Source: Phaeosaccion multiseriatum
Taxonomy: Eukaryota; Protista; Ochrophyta, other classes
Direction: 5' to 3'
Assembly (NCBI GenBank): GCA_965112735.1
Contig: OZ218959.1
Location: 992,001 to 1,056,000 of the forward strand
Length of the DNA stretch: 64,000 nucleotides
The notes under the pieces were generated by a model, which was given only the letters and a program-made list of their open reading frames with translations, was not told where the DNA came from and searched no databases. Of the stretch, positions 24,333 to 36,100 are shown piece by piece; positions within the stretch are counted from its first letter, which is position 1, and each line of letters starts with the position of its first letter. The translations under genes were made by a program, and so were the position numbers.

Positions 24333-27300
24333 CTGTGTTGCACATTCGCTCTGCTCCAGGCCTATCCTTACGCACCCGAGTTAAAAAGTTGGGCGGTGTG
24401 GAGGGGATGATGTCGCCTCTCTGGCAGTAGTGGATGAGGTCCACATCCAGCTCCCTGCGTCGGCGCCAAGTGTGAGCAGCAAAGAGGGCAATAAGTGCGA
24501 GGAGGTGGGGCAGGTGAGGTGCCAGCAGCTCCTTAGCTCAGCGGTTGAGAGGCACCCGCCAGTTTGAAATAGTAGAGGCCTTGGGGCAGCTCACTGTTGG
24601 GGCAAGGGCAAGGCGGCAGGCAAATCTGCGTTCCACGCATTCTTTCTTTCGCATAGACACCACCCCACCCTTTTTCCTTTTTGTGTTGTTGTTTCCACCA
24701 TTCATACCATTCATCGAGCCCATATGCCTCTCCCTCCTTGCCCCTCCCTCAGTGCCCCTCCATGCTCCTCCGTCCATCCCACATGCCCCTCCTCACCTGA
24801 GCTCCTTGGTCAGCGCCATGTTGCCCACTCGGGGCGAACAGAAGAGCTTGCCCCTCGTCTTGACACCCTCTCCTGCTGTGCCCATATGCCTGAGGCGCTG
24901 CGCAACGTCCAGCGCGCAGAGTGTGGCCAGGCCGGCGCCGAGTCCGTGGCCACACACCGTCACAGTGTCAACCTTGCCCTCCCGCACGTACTTGTCTAGC
25001 GCCTGCCTCACGTCCTCCTGCAGAGAGTCTCTCTTCTCCTCCTTTCCCTCCTCCTCCTCCTCCTCGTCCTCCTCCTCCTCCTCCTCCTCCTTGTCCTTCT
25101 CCCCGGCCCCCTTCTTGTTCTTCCCTCGGCCGAGCGCGAAGGAGAGAGCGGCGCTTCCCACCTGGTCAATAGAGAACCATAGGAATCCGAAGGCGGCTTG
25201 CACCTTCGCTAGCACCTTCCCGGTGGGGGGAAGGTCATCGCCTTTGCGCCGCGTGTACATGCCCAGCATGCCCCTGTCCGTGAGTGCGTGCGTGGGGAGG
25301 TGGGTGGGTGGGTGCGTGCGTGCATGCATGCGGTAGGCGGGGGTCCGAGGAGAAAGGCGTGAAATCAAATCACACGGTACACTGGTACCTCACTGCCGCC
25401 GAAGCGAAGGCCAGGACAGAGGCAGGACAGGGTCAGGATCGATCTTGGATCGTGGGGTCGATTCTTTGTCTTCTTCTATGGTCGAATGAACTGAAGTGAA
25501 CTGAAGAAAACACACCCGACAGACCCATAGACACACCTGTGCACGGCGATGTTGGGCACTTGTTGACCCCTGTGCTCCGTGGTGGCGCTGAGGAGCCCCC
25601 CTGCGAGGAGCCAGCGCAGAATAGACATGTTCCATTCCTCGCCGTCCCCGCTCTGCAGATGCCACATCGCCTGCCGAGGTGGGGGGCGAAGGGGTGTGTG
25701 TTATGAAGGGTGTAGGGGAAGAACGGAGTGAGCGAGCGAGGACCGTACACCATAGTATACTGGACACCCTCCGTCCCCACACCTTCTGTCTCGACACCCT
25801 CTGTCCTGACATTCGACACCTTCTGTCCTGACACCCCCTGTCCTGACACCTTCTGTCATGACACCCTCTGTCCTGACACCCTCCGTCCTAACACCCTCCG
25901 TCCTAACACCCTCTGTCCTGACACCCTCTGTCCTGACACCCTCCGTCCTGACACCCTGCGTCCTGACACCCTCTGCCCTGACACCCTCTGTCCTGACACC
26001 CTCTGTCCTGACACCTCTGTCCTGATACCCTCTGTTCTCACACCCTTCGTCCCGACACTCTGTCCTAACACCACCCTCTGTCCTGGTCCCCTTTGCCTTG
26101 ACATCCGTATCCTACACTCTTTGTTCTCACGTCCTTTGTCCTAACACACAACTCCACCCACCATGCCCGCCTTGACACCCTCCTGTCGCTCGGTGGTGGT
26201 GAGGGTGCCTCTGAACACGACGGAGAGGTCCCTGCTCTGCGGGGAGTACGCGATGTAGCCTGGCAGGGCAACGGACCATCATAAGGACGAAGTAAGATTA
26301 GACTGTAAGGTGATTTGAAGTTGTGACCCTCCCGACCCTCCCGCTCTACCCCGCCTGTTACCCGCCCCAAGCCAGGCTGCCCCCCCCCCCCCCCTCAGCC
26401 TCTCGCCCGACCTCTCGGGAGCACCGCAAAGCAGGGCAAATGTCTTCCCAGAGAGCGTGCGTTGTCATCCCTCCCCCACCCAGTGCTTTCCCTCCCTCCC
26501 TCGCAGCCCTCCCCATCCATCGCCCCGCCCTCCCTCACATCCATCCATCCCGTTGCTTGCCTGCGAACGTGCGCTCATCCGCCTCCTTCTGCGGCAAGAG
26601 AGTGGTGACCCTATACTTGGCGGCAGCCGTGTACAGAAAGTCCAACACCTCCATTCCCTCGGGAAGGTCCTTGACGGTTGCCCTGAGGAAGCGCTCCAGC
26701 TGGCGAAGCTCCTCGGGCAGCACTCGACCGCCGTCGTGAAAGTGACCAATGTCCACTATGCTTTGGCCGTAGTATCTGAGATGGGCAAGACATTCGTTAG
26801 ACGCCCAGCAGTCCTGAGACGCAGGGTGTCGGGGACAATACTCCTGACAGAGGGGGTAAACCGAGCGGAGAGGGCCTCGGCAGGCGGGCGACACACGTTT
26901 CAGCACCACCCTCTGCCGTACGCATGCCTGCACACAAAAGCGTTCTGCTCCTCCCACTACTGCTGCGGCCGGGGTCGCACCCAAGAGGAGAGGAAAGCGG
27001 ACAGACACTAGTAGTGGGACAGACCCGTGGTGGGAGGAGGCCCTGGCCGGCCGACTGACTGACTGCCCCAGGCACTGGCCGGTCGACCGACTGGATGACA
27101 CCAGGCACTCCCTGACACCAAGTACTCCCGACCTACTCACTTGTTGGAGGAGTCCATGACGAAGAGGTCGTAGGCGGCCTGCACCATGGATCCGTACACA
27201 ATGTCACTCCTTACGGCCTCGTGCATCATCTGAGGCCGTAACACCGTATCGCAAGGAGGGTAGAGAGGTAGAGAGTTTCGTTGTGCCTCTGTCAGAGCAG

Positions 27301-28860
27301 ATGTGTGCACACAAGCCTTTAAAGGGCGTGCGAAATAAAGAAAGCAGCGTGGGCAGACTTGGGGGACGCAGAAGGCATAGAGGGAGAGATGGGAAGGGAG
27401 GGATAGAGAGGTAGACGGGGAGGGAGGGAGAGAGATGAAGGGACGGACGAAGGGGGGCAGAGAGGGAGAAAGAGAGGGGGCGACGGAGGGAGGGAAGCAG
27501 CGGAGGAGAGGGAGGGGGGAGGGAAGGACACGGAGTCCTGATGACACTCCGAGGCCCACTCACGCGAGGACCACTCACCGCGTCCTTGTCCGACCCCGGC
27601 GCAGCGTTGCGCGTGAGCCTCTCTCTCAGAGCCGCACACACCTTGGTCTGACTGGGCAGCGGCGATCGAATCGCCCAGTACAGTCTATACACAAGCGAGA
27701 GACCAATGAATAGAAGGGTTGAGGTCAGTCGAGTGGGAGAGTGCCAGAGTGTCTGAGTGGCAGAGCGGGGAGGGGACGGACTCACTGCGAGTATTTTAAG
27801 AGCAGCGCTGCGGCAAGTAGTCTCACTGCCCTGCCCACATGGTGCGAGGAGGACCAGAGGGCATACTCGTGGCCCAGATGGACAAGAAAGTGTATGCCTC
27901 CTCCGAAGACCAGCTTGAGCTTGGAAGTGGCGCCGAGGGCAGACACCATCCGACCAACTACCCTGAGGACACACACAGCGCCGCACAGAGTGAAAGAGGG
28001 ACTGTCAGTGCTTCGGGAAGTCCAGGTGTGCAAGAAAAGGAAGGGCCGAGCATCTCCTTGCCGTGCTAAGGGGGGGCACTCTCTGTGGGCGGCGGATGGG
28101 GCTTGCCGCCTTCCGAGAAACTCTCTCAATCTCGCTCTCCCTCTCTTTCTTTTTTCTTTCTTTCTCTCTCTCTCTGCCTCTCTCTACCCTCTCTCTCTGT
28201 CCCTCCCTCTGTCTCTCTCCCTCCATCTGTCTCTCTGTCTGTCTGTCTATCTGCCTGTCCGTCTCTCTCTCCCTTTCTCCCTCCCTCTCCCTCTCTCTCT
28301 TGCCGAGCCAAGTAAGGACTTGGGTCCACGGCTGGCCTCCACGGACAAGCCACTCATCCCCGAACACGTCCGATCGCTGCAAGTATGAAAGATAAGCACC
28401 TACCCAAGTACACTTACCCAAGGACGGTGCTCATAAACTCGGAAAGGTTGACTTTTTCCCGGATGGCCTCCGGCACCAGGCCCAGTAGGTTGTGTACGTA
28501 CTCTGCCACGGTGGACTTGGCTGCCTCCGAGGCTTCTCCCACTCCAGCCGCACTCAGTCGTGGGCTTGCGCTTTCCCATATCCCTGCCGCCGACGAGCGT
28601 GCCTTTCCTCTCTCTGTGGACAAAGAAGAAAAATCAAAGCCCACAGAGGCACAAGTCCTCTTGCGCCCCTTTCTCCTGATGATGAAGCCTCCTGGGATCG
28701 CACCAAGCGCTGCTACTCCTGGCGCTCGTTCGGTGGAGCCATGCCCCCGTGCTACGTGCCTCAACAGGGTATGTGCAACAGGAGAGAACGCTTCGCAATG
28801 CCACCCAGCTGTGCACAGCAGCATAATGGTTACTCGAGCAAGCAGTCCCTGCATCTGCAT
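23213..28860 (-). CDS. Multi-exon class-3 lipase / DAD1-like phospholipase A1 homologue with bipartite plastid-type presequence; nucleophile Ser replaced (GHGLG)
   Basis: N-terminus MQMQGLLARVTIMLLCTAGWHCEA-FSP. Exons encode YGSMVQAAYDLF, GYIAYS...DLSVVFRGT, VTVCGHGLGAGLATLCALD, FCSPRVGN, GDIIPSTP and ERDPGLLNKRANLL, in the order seen in Lipase_3 PLA1 enzymes. Confidence 0.75.
25780..26100. repeat. Intronic minisatellite, ~15-bp unit (CTGACACCCTCTGTC)
   Basis: About 20 degenerate tandem copies visible. Confidence 0.9.
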
Positions 28861-29096
28861 CGATACTGAGCATCTTCCCTTGCGCATCGTCGAAGGTCTC
28901 GAGGCGCCACCACAATGCACGGGAAGAGCCAGGTCGCACTCGAAGCAGGAGAGATCAGCTATTGTTCCTTCAACATTATGCAGGTTCTGCGAGATCTCTG
29001 TGAATTATGAAGCACCAACGCGGCAAGAATTTCAGTTTCTGAAAAACTGAAACTGAAAGTGTGTGTGCGTGTGTGCCCTTTGCTTCGGGTGCCCTG

Positions 29097-29193
29097 GGCA
29101 AGTTGTTCAGCAACCGCTTCTATTTCGCAACCGAAGCAAAGGGCAAGAACACGAAGTGAAGGCAAGTTGTTCAGCAACCGCTTCTATTTCGCA
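29097..29193 (+). repeat. Perfect 33-bp direct repeat (GGCAAGTTGTTCAGCAACCGCTTCTATTTCGCA) x2 at the inner edge of the right duplication arm
   Basis: Copies at 29097-29129 and 29161-29193, separated by 31 bp. Confidence 0.9.
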
Positions 29194-30527
29194 CCCTCGT
29201 GCCTGCTATACTCTAAGAGAAGCACAAGAGCTTTGGAGAAGTTGGTTCGAGGGAACAGAATCATGCAGTCTCTACCCACGCCTCTCTCGCCGTCTAGTGA
29301 TTCGTCATGCTTGGATGGCTCAAATCGAGTCCTTGATCCGATTGCGTCGTGCTCTCCCTCACAGATGGTGGCACCTCCATGAGGCTGCAGCGCGCATTGT
29401 GCGAAAACGAAAAGCGCTACCTGCACCACTTTCTGCAGCTCTCGTGTATTCCACAGCCTGTCCATCCACACCAGCGCGGCGATTCGGGGCTCCTCGTTGA
29501 CGCTCTTGTCGGTCTCCAGGCTTGTCCTGACACTATGTGTGATGCTCTTCGCCATGTGGATTATGCGATGGTGCTCGCCCCCTTCCCCTTCCTCTCCCAT
29601 GATGGGCAGGGAGGCGACTTCCTTAACTGACAGTGGCGGCAGGAGCTTCGAGCCGTTGGCGTGCACATGGTATGAGACGAACTCCTTTGTCGCGGCAGAA
29701 CTATTGAGCCCCACGGTGGCGAAGCGGCTGCCGATCTCCTCAATCCCTCCCAAGAAACCGCGGAGGCCGTGGAGTCGTGCCTTCTCCTCTTCCGTGACGG
29801 CCTCACGGCAAGTCGACAGAAGGAGAACAATAAGATAGCAGGGCACACCGTGCCCGGCCTCCAGCATCATCTCAACTAGATCCTCCAGCGCCGGTCGCAA
29901 GGTCGTCACGATGATGCGTCCCACCTCCTGGCCGCTCTTCAGGCTGGAGGCAATGTTAGCCACGCCTACATTGACGGAGGCGTCCAGGAGCAGAGCTTGG
30001 CCCACAATCCTTGTGTTCTCAGCCTTGACCCTGGCCAGCTCCGCTTCGGCCTCTTTGAGAAGCTGCATGTTTTCCTTCATACAGCGAAAGAATTTGTCAG
30101 ATTTCTTCCTCTCGCTGTCCAGCTCTACATGAAGCTCCTCTACCTGAATCTCATGCCTATTTCGCAGCGCCGCCATCTCATTCGCGATGCCATCGTTCTC
30201 GGTCATGACAAGGGCAAGCTTCATCCTCATCTCTCTGCTCTGTTGCCTCACTTGCTCCATCTCTTCATAGATTCCAATGTATTTCTCGTTCTGACTGCTC
30301 ACCGCTCCCTCCAGATCCTCCACCTTGAGCGACATCTCAGCTTTGACCCTATCCAGCTCGTCTATGGCCTGCGCAAGCTTCGCCTCGGTGTCTTCGCTCA
30401 GCGCGGGGCTTCTTCCTTCAAGCTCTGGCTACGCAGCGCTTCCTCCAGCTCCTTCATGGCCTCTTCGTGCTGCCGTACGGCCTTCCTTCTCCTTCTCCTC
30501 CTCCTGGTGTGCACTACTCCTAGCCAT
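29184..30527 (-). CDS. Coiled-coil/GrpE-like protein copy B, 5'-shortened; intact ORF 30335-29184, upstream part interrupted (possible pseudogene or short isoform)
   Basis: The 383-aa ORF is highly similar to the C-terminal ~60% of copy A. ATG 30527 is in frame with it but has a TAG at 30431-30429. Copy-A-like sequence (AVRQHEEAMKEL vs ALRQYGEVKEEL) is in a different frame. Confidence 0.7.
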
Positions 30528-33080
30528 GTTGCTCTCGTGTCAAGGAACCGACAGCGAGAGGGGGGTGGTCCACAGAACTCCTGTCACAACGTAATAACGT
30601 TACAGAAACTCGCCATTTTGGGGAAAAGAAGGGGGGTACAGTGGAGTACAAACAAGGACTAGAAGAGACAGAGCGAGCTTCAGGAAGGGTAGAGTAGGAA
30701 GCGATCATGAGTGCCTTGGCACCTGCAGATGCGGGCACCCTTGTGGTAGCCATCGATCTGGGGACAAGCAGGTCGGCATACGCGTACGGGACGGTGGGGA
30801 GTGAGCATCATGATATACGCATGTCGACTCCCGACGGGAACGCTGACGGGTGGGACAAGGACGAGACCGCGGTTCTCATCGAGAGGGAGGACGGGGCCGC
30901 TACGGAGGCGACGAGCTTCGGGAAAGCGGCCATTGAGCGGTACTTGGATGAGGAGAACGGCAAGGCTGTACACCCCAAATGGATGCTCTTCAGGCACTTT
31001 AAGATGCACCTGCACAAGCCTGGCGGATATAGTAGCACATTTGATCCTGTCGCCTATGCAGAGGACGGCCAGGCGATGCCACTCATGCACGTATTCTCGG
31101 CCGCCCTCAAGTACTTCAAGGTCAAGATCCTCGATCGCCTCAACAGGAGCGGCTTCCACGTCCAAGTCATGGACATAAAGTGGATGCTCACTGTGCCTGC
31201 CATCTGGCTCGATTTCGGCAAGTCGTTTATGCAAGAAGCTGCGTTCCAAGCGGGCCTGAAGAGTGACCGCGTCGACAATGTTCAAGTGAAGCTATGCCTG
31301 GAGCCGGAGGCGGCGTGTTTGTCTGTCAATGCCACACCTGAGTCCATGCGACCGTGGAGTCCGGGGGACAAGATCATGGTCCTCGACTGCGGGGGAGGAA
31401 CGGTCGACATCACGGCGCATACCCTGACACAGACGCAGCCTCTGAGGCTAGTGGAGCTCGTCGCCCCCTGCGGGGGAGATTGGGCAGCTGGGAAAGTGGA
31501 CGAAGGGTTTAAAAAGTTCATGGAGGTACGTGGACATGTTAGCGAAGGATTGAGCGAGGCTTGGTGGGTGCGTGAGTGAGTGATTGAACAGCAGTGAAGA
31601 GTACCTAATGGCGAGTTGTGCAGTGTGTAAGGAGCGAGGTGTCATCAGAATGAGCGGACGAGAGCGACGGGAAAGAGATAGGGGCGGAGCCGGAAGACAG
31701 GGAGAATGAGAGCAGCAGACAAGAGGGGAGGGCTATCTGTTGGCAAGCAATGATATCGGCTCGTCGAGATCGGCTTTGGTCAACCCGTCTCCTTGACGCC
31801 TCCGTTTCTGGTCTGTCCTGTCCTCCCTACCACCATCTTGACAGTCCTTCTTGGGAGCAGCCAACTGGAGCAAGCTGAAGGGCACTCCTCGCGAGCTCAC
31901 TCTCATGCAGCGATGGGAAGATCAGAAAATCGGCTACGCCAAGGGAGCGCACCTCAGCCTCAGTCTCGGAGATTTGGCGGACGGGCTTGAGCTGGAGCCC
32001 AAGGACTTAAAGCTCCTCAAGGACGTTTACAACAGCAGTCACCCTCCTGAGGTAAGACAAACGCTCTGCGTTCCAAATTCGCCTCGAGAAGCAAATCTAC
32101 GTGGCGTGCTGCCCTGCGCTCTTCTGCTCACCCCCCCCCCCCCCCGCCCTCGCAGGAGCACCTTGGGGGCATGAGTCGAAACTTGAAGATCCCTCCCGCA
32201 GTGGTGGAGCCGTGGTTCTCGTCGCAGGTGTCGCAGATCGTCGCGTTCGTGGCCGAGCTGCTGCTGGACAAGCGCCTGCATGGTCTCAAGTACATCATTC
32301 TGGTGGGCGGCTTCAGCGAATGCTCCATCCTGCGCAACGCTGTACGGGAAAGGTTCCAGGACACTTCTTCGATCAACGGTCTACATGTCGTGGAGGCCCC
32401 GCGACCGGGACTGGCCATCGTCAAGGGAGCAGTCCTGTTTGCTTCAAGTGAAGCAACTTTCGCCTCTCGCATAGCGCGCCTGACATACGGCGTAAGAACC
32501 ACCACAAAGTTCAAAGCGGACAAGGAGGAGCACAAGGCACGGCGGAAGCAGATGGAGAAGATAAACGGGAAGGCGCGCATCGCGGTACTTTCCAAGCACG
32601 TGACGAGGGGGGATGACATTCCGCAAGGATTCCGGACCAGGCGCAGTTATTCACCCATCTCGGAGTCGCACACTGGCTTCGCTTTGCGACTCCTTACCAG
32701 CCGACAGAAAGACGTGGAGTACTTGAGGGACACCCATGTTTACACTCGGGAGGTGGCTAGCATTGATATTGACTTGGATATGAAGAAGTCCTTCCGGGAC
32801 CGCGGCGTGGACGTGGAGATAACCTTCGGGGGCAGCGAAATTGAGATAGCGGTCTTTGAAAAGGGCACGAAGAATGAGATCAAGAGCTGCTCCATCGACT
32901 TCAAGGATGAGGACGACGAGGGTGCCGTGGAGGCCGTGTGAGGGGGTCATCTCAAGACTGAGTGCTGCTACCTCTGCACGCAAAGGACCTCAAGCGGCTC
33001 TGCTTACTGTCCTGTCGAACCGGCCGTGAGCTGCGAGCAGATAAGCAGCAGCGCCCGGACGAAGTTCTGGAGTCTTGGAG
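29200..33080. repeat. Right arm of inverted segmental duplication
   Basis: Mirror image of 18020-22740 with the same gene order and intron positions. Confidence 0.9.
30707..32941 (+). CDS. HSPA12-like atypical Hsp70, copy B (3 exons: 30707-31525, 31845-32051, 32156-32941; ~603 aa)
   Basis: Same motifs as copy A and identical exon 1 and exon 2 lengths (819 and 207 nt). Canonical GT-AG sites. Confidence 0.88.
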
Positions 33081-33196
33081 ATCCCTACCAGGACAGGAGA
33101 GGCCGTACGCAGAGGTCGTGCAGTAAGCCTTTAATAATAGTCGGCGCCTGTTCCTCCTCCTCCTCCTCCTCCTCCTCTTCCTCCTCCTCCGTTGTC

Positions 33197-36100
33197 CTAC
33201 ACTTCCTCGCACTCATCTTCATCGACCGTCTCCTCTAGCTCCTCCTCCGTCTCCTCGTCCTGCTCGTCCTCGTCCTCGTCCTCGTCCTCCTCGTCCTCCT
33301 CCTCCTGAATGGACATCTCCATTTCGCCGTCGTGATGTTCCATCTCCTCCAGTTCTTCCTCCTCGTCCTCCTCCTCGTCCTCCTCCTCCTCTTCCCTAAC
33401 GGACATCTCCATTTCGCCATCGTCATGCACCGTCTCCTCCAGTTCTTCCTCTTCCTCATCCTCCTCCTCGCCATCGTCCTCCTCCTCCTCCTCCTCCTGT
33501 CGTATTGATATCTCCATTCCGCCATCGTCCTCTACCGTCTCCTCCATTCCTTCCTCCCACTCTTCCCCCTCCTCAGCGGTCTCTACCACTACTCCCTCCT
33601 CCTCGGCGCGACTGCCCTCGCCTACGTCCTCCCTCTCCTCTTCCTCCTCTTCCTCCTCTTCACTCCACCCCTTCATTGAGTTGAGTGTCATGTGCAGCGT
33701 GAGGGCCCCTCCTGAGCGTGCCTCCATGCGCCGCAGCTCCTCTGCCCCTGCTAAAGTGAGGCGGTTCCCGGACATGACGAGCTGCAACTGCACCACTCCA
33801 GACACACTGCCACCGCTGGTACCGCCGCTGTCACCGCCGCTGTTACCGCTGCTGTTACCGCTGCTGCTACCTCTATTGCCCCATGGCCCCCAGCTACTCA
33901 GAGCTCGGACTGCCTCTCCCAGAGCCAGGGCCAACGCCGTGGCACCCTCGTCCCCGATGCAGTTCCTCGACAGGTCCAAGTGGCGAAGCGTGCGCAGCAG
34001 ACATGGCACGGCTCTGACGGCTTGTGCCAGTCGAATGCAGCCCGCGTCTCCTATCCTCTTGCCCATGAGGTTGAGGCTCTCCAGCCACGTCACCTGCGAG
34101 CCCTTGTGCGCTGCTCCTCCCCTGAGTCTGTGCCCGCTTCTGCATCCTCCCCCTCCTCCTCCTCCTCCTCCTCCTCCTCCTCCTCCTCCTCCTCCTCCTC
34201 CTCCTCCTCCTCCTCCTCCTCCTCCTCCTCCTCCTCCTCCTCCTCCTCCTCCTCCTCCTCCTCTTCCTCCTCTTCCTCCTCCTCCTCCTCCTCCTCCTCC
34301 TCCTCCTCCTCTTCCTCCTCCCCCGCCCCGCACACCGTCCCTGCTTTTCCTTTCCAGCACCCTGGCGAGGAGGTCAAGCTGCTTGCAGGTGACGGGTCCA
34401 TCGTACTTTAGCTCGTACAGGGCGGATATGCGCCGCACATTGCTGGGCTTTTCGTTCAGCCGCCGAATGACGTCATACATGGCACTTCCCTCTGCCTCTG
34501 GCCCTGCCTCTGGCCCTGCCTCTGGCCCTGCCTCTTTCTCTGCCTTTGCCCATATGCCTGCCCCTGCTGTGAGAGCCTCCGGAGCAGTGCACTTGCTGCC
34601 GCCGCGTCGGGCCCCTCCTGCGGACCCCCCCCCTCCTTGTCCCTGTGCGTGGTGCCGACGTCGCCGACGAACGGGGGAGGGCGCCACGCCCAACAGGTTG
34701 GCGGGGAAGGAGTCGGCCGATGCTTTGCTCTGCTGCTGTTGCTGCTGTTGCTGCTGCTGCCCTTCCCCTCCCTTCGCCCCTGAGGGCCCGCTCTTCTCGT
34801 CCTGAGCACTGTGTCCACTTACCGATGTCCAAGCGCCTCGTTGCTTGGGGGGGCGGCGTCTCCCCATGGCCGTGCCTAGGCCGAGAAGGGTGGGGGCGGC
34901 GGCGGCGGTGGCCTTGAGCATGAGGGGCGTGGCAGAGCGCTTCCTCCCTCGCGCCACCTTGCCCGTCCCTGCCCCAGCCCCGCTGCCGACACGCGAGTCG
35001 AGGCCTTGGCTGCTGACGCTGTGCCACACTGCCACACTGTGCTGCTCAAGTTGTAGTGTACGCCAGTTGTGTCGCATAGACCCTACTCGGGAGGGAGGCT
35101 CCAGCCCTCCATGGGCCTCCTTCCCCTGCTCCTGTGGTTTGCCGTCATCTTCTTCCTTCTCCCTCCTCTCCTCCTTCTCCTCGTCCTCTTCCCTCTCCAC
35201 TGCGGCAACTCTGGGTCGCCTCATTCGGAAGCGCAAGAATGGAGTGCCTTCTTGCCTCTTCCTCTTGCTCGCCGCCGCTGCTCTCCGCTTCCCGCCATCG
35301 CCATCGCCGCTGCGCTCTCTAATCTTCCGCGCCCACCACTTCTCGGGCAGCGGAGCAGCGCGTGAGAGCATTTGCTGAGCGGTGAGGCTCTGCAACCCAC
35401 CCCTCCCGCCTTTCGTCCCCCCCCCCGTCACAACCCCCCCCCGTACCCCCTCCGAACTATCGCCCATCTTGGAGAGGAGAGGGGACACTCGCGGGGGCAG
35501 CTCCGTCCCTGCCCCTCCCCGCAAAGGAGTGCCTGCTGCCTGTTGCCCGCCCGCCCCCTCGCCCTCGAACGTCTCAGTGGTTTCCGTCTGCGTCATGTCC
35601 TCCTCCTCGGTTCGATTCTCCTCTCCTCCATCCGTCCCTGGGCCCGCTTCGCCCCCTGTCGCTCCTCCTCCTCTTTCTGCTGCTCCTGTACCCCCGCTCC
35701 TCTCCTCGGTGCTCTGTTGCGCAGTTTCTGCTCGCTGCTGCGCCTCGTCCTGCCTGTCTAGCTGCTGCTGCTGCAGTACCGCGAGTCGCTGCTGCTGCAC
35801 AAGTTGCTCTGCCGCGTGTAGCACACCTTGCTGCACGTGCTGTTGGTACGCCAAGCTCGCGTGTTGGATAGCCTGTCCGTCCGTCCGCGAAGCGAGGTAG
35901 ACGGTCAGAAAGGTTAGCGCCTGCACAAGAAACAGACCCCCTGGCCCCGGAGAGGGGTTCCACCCCCACCAACCCCCACTTCCCCGGCGGTTCAGCTCGC
36001 TCAATCACTACTTTGTCCGTACCTTGGCAGCGGCGGTGGAGGTGAGCCTGTGCTTCCTCAGCACCTTGCACACGAACTGGATCCGGTCGTAGTCGAGCGG

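Noticed and set aside
25728-26144. Pentapeptide-repeat ORF (PDTLC)n
   Set aside because: Product of a 15-bp intronic minisatellite within the lipase gene.
29097-29193. CRISPR-like spacing (33-bp repeat, 31-bp spacer, 33-bp repeat)
   Set aside because: Only two repeats, no cas genes, and a eukaryotic intron-containing context. Better explained as a junction duplication.
18020-33080. Composite transposon or virus with long terminal inverted repeats
   Set aside because: No transposase, integrase, polymerase or capsid ORF, and no clear outer TSD. The arms consist of spliced host-type genes.
33681-34805. Formin-like poly-proline ORF on the + strand
   Set aside because: Antisense reading of the (GGA)n poly-Gly tract. 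No FH2 domain, and the LRR motifs are on the minus strand.
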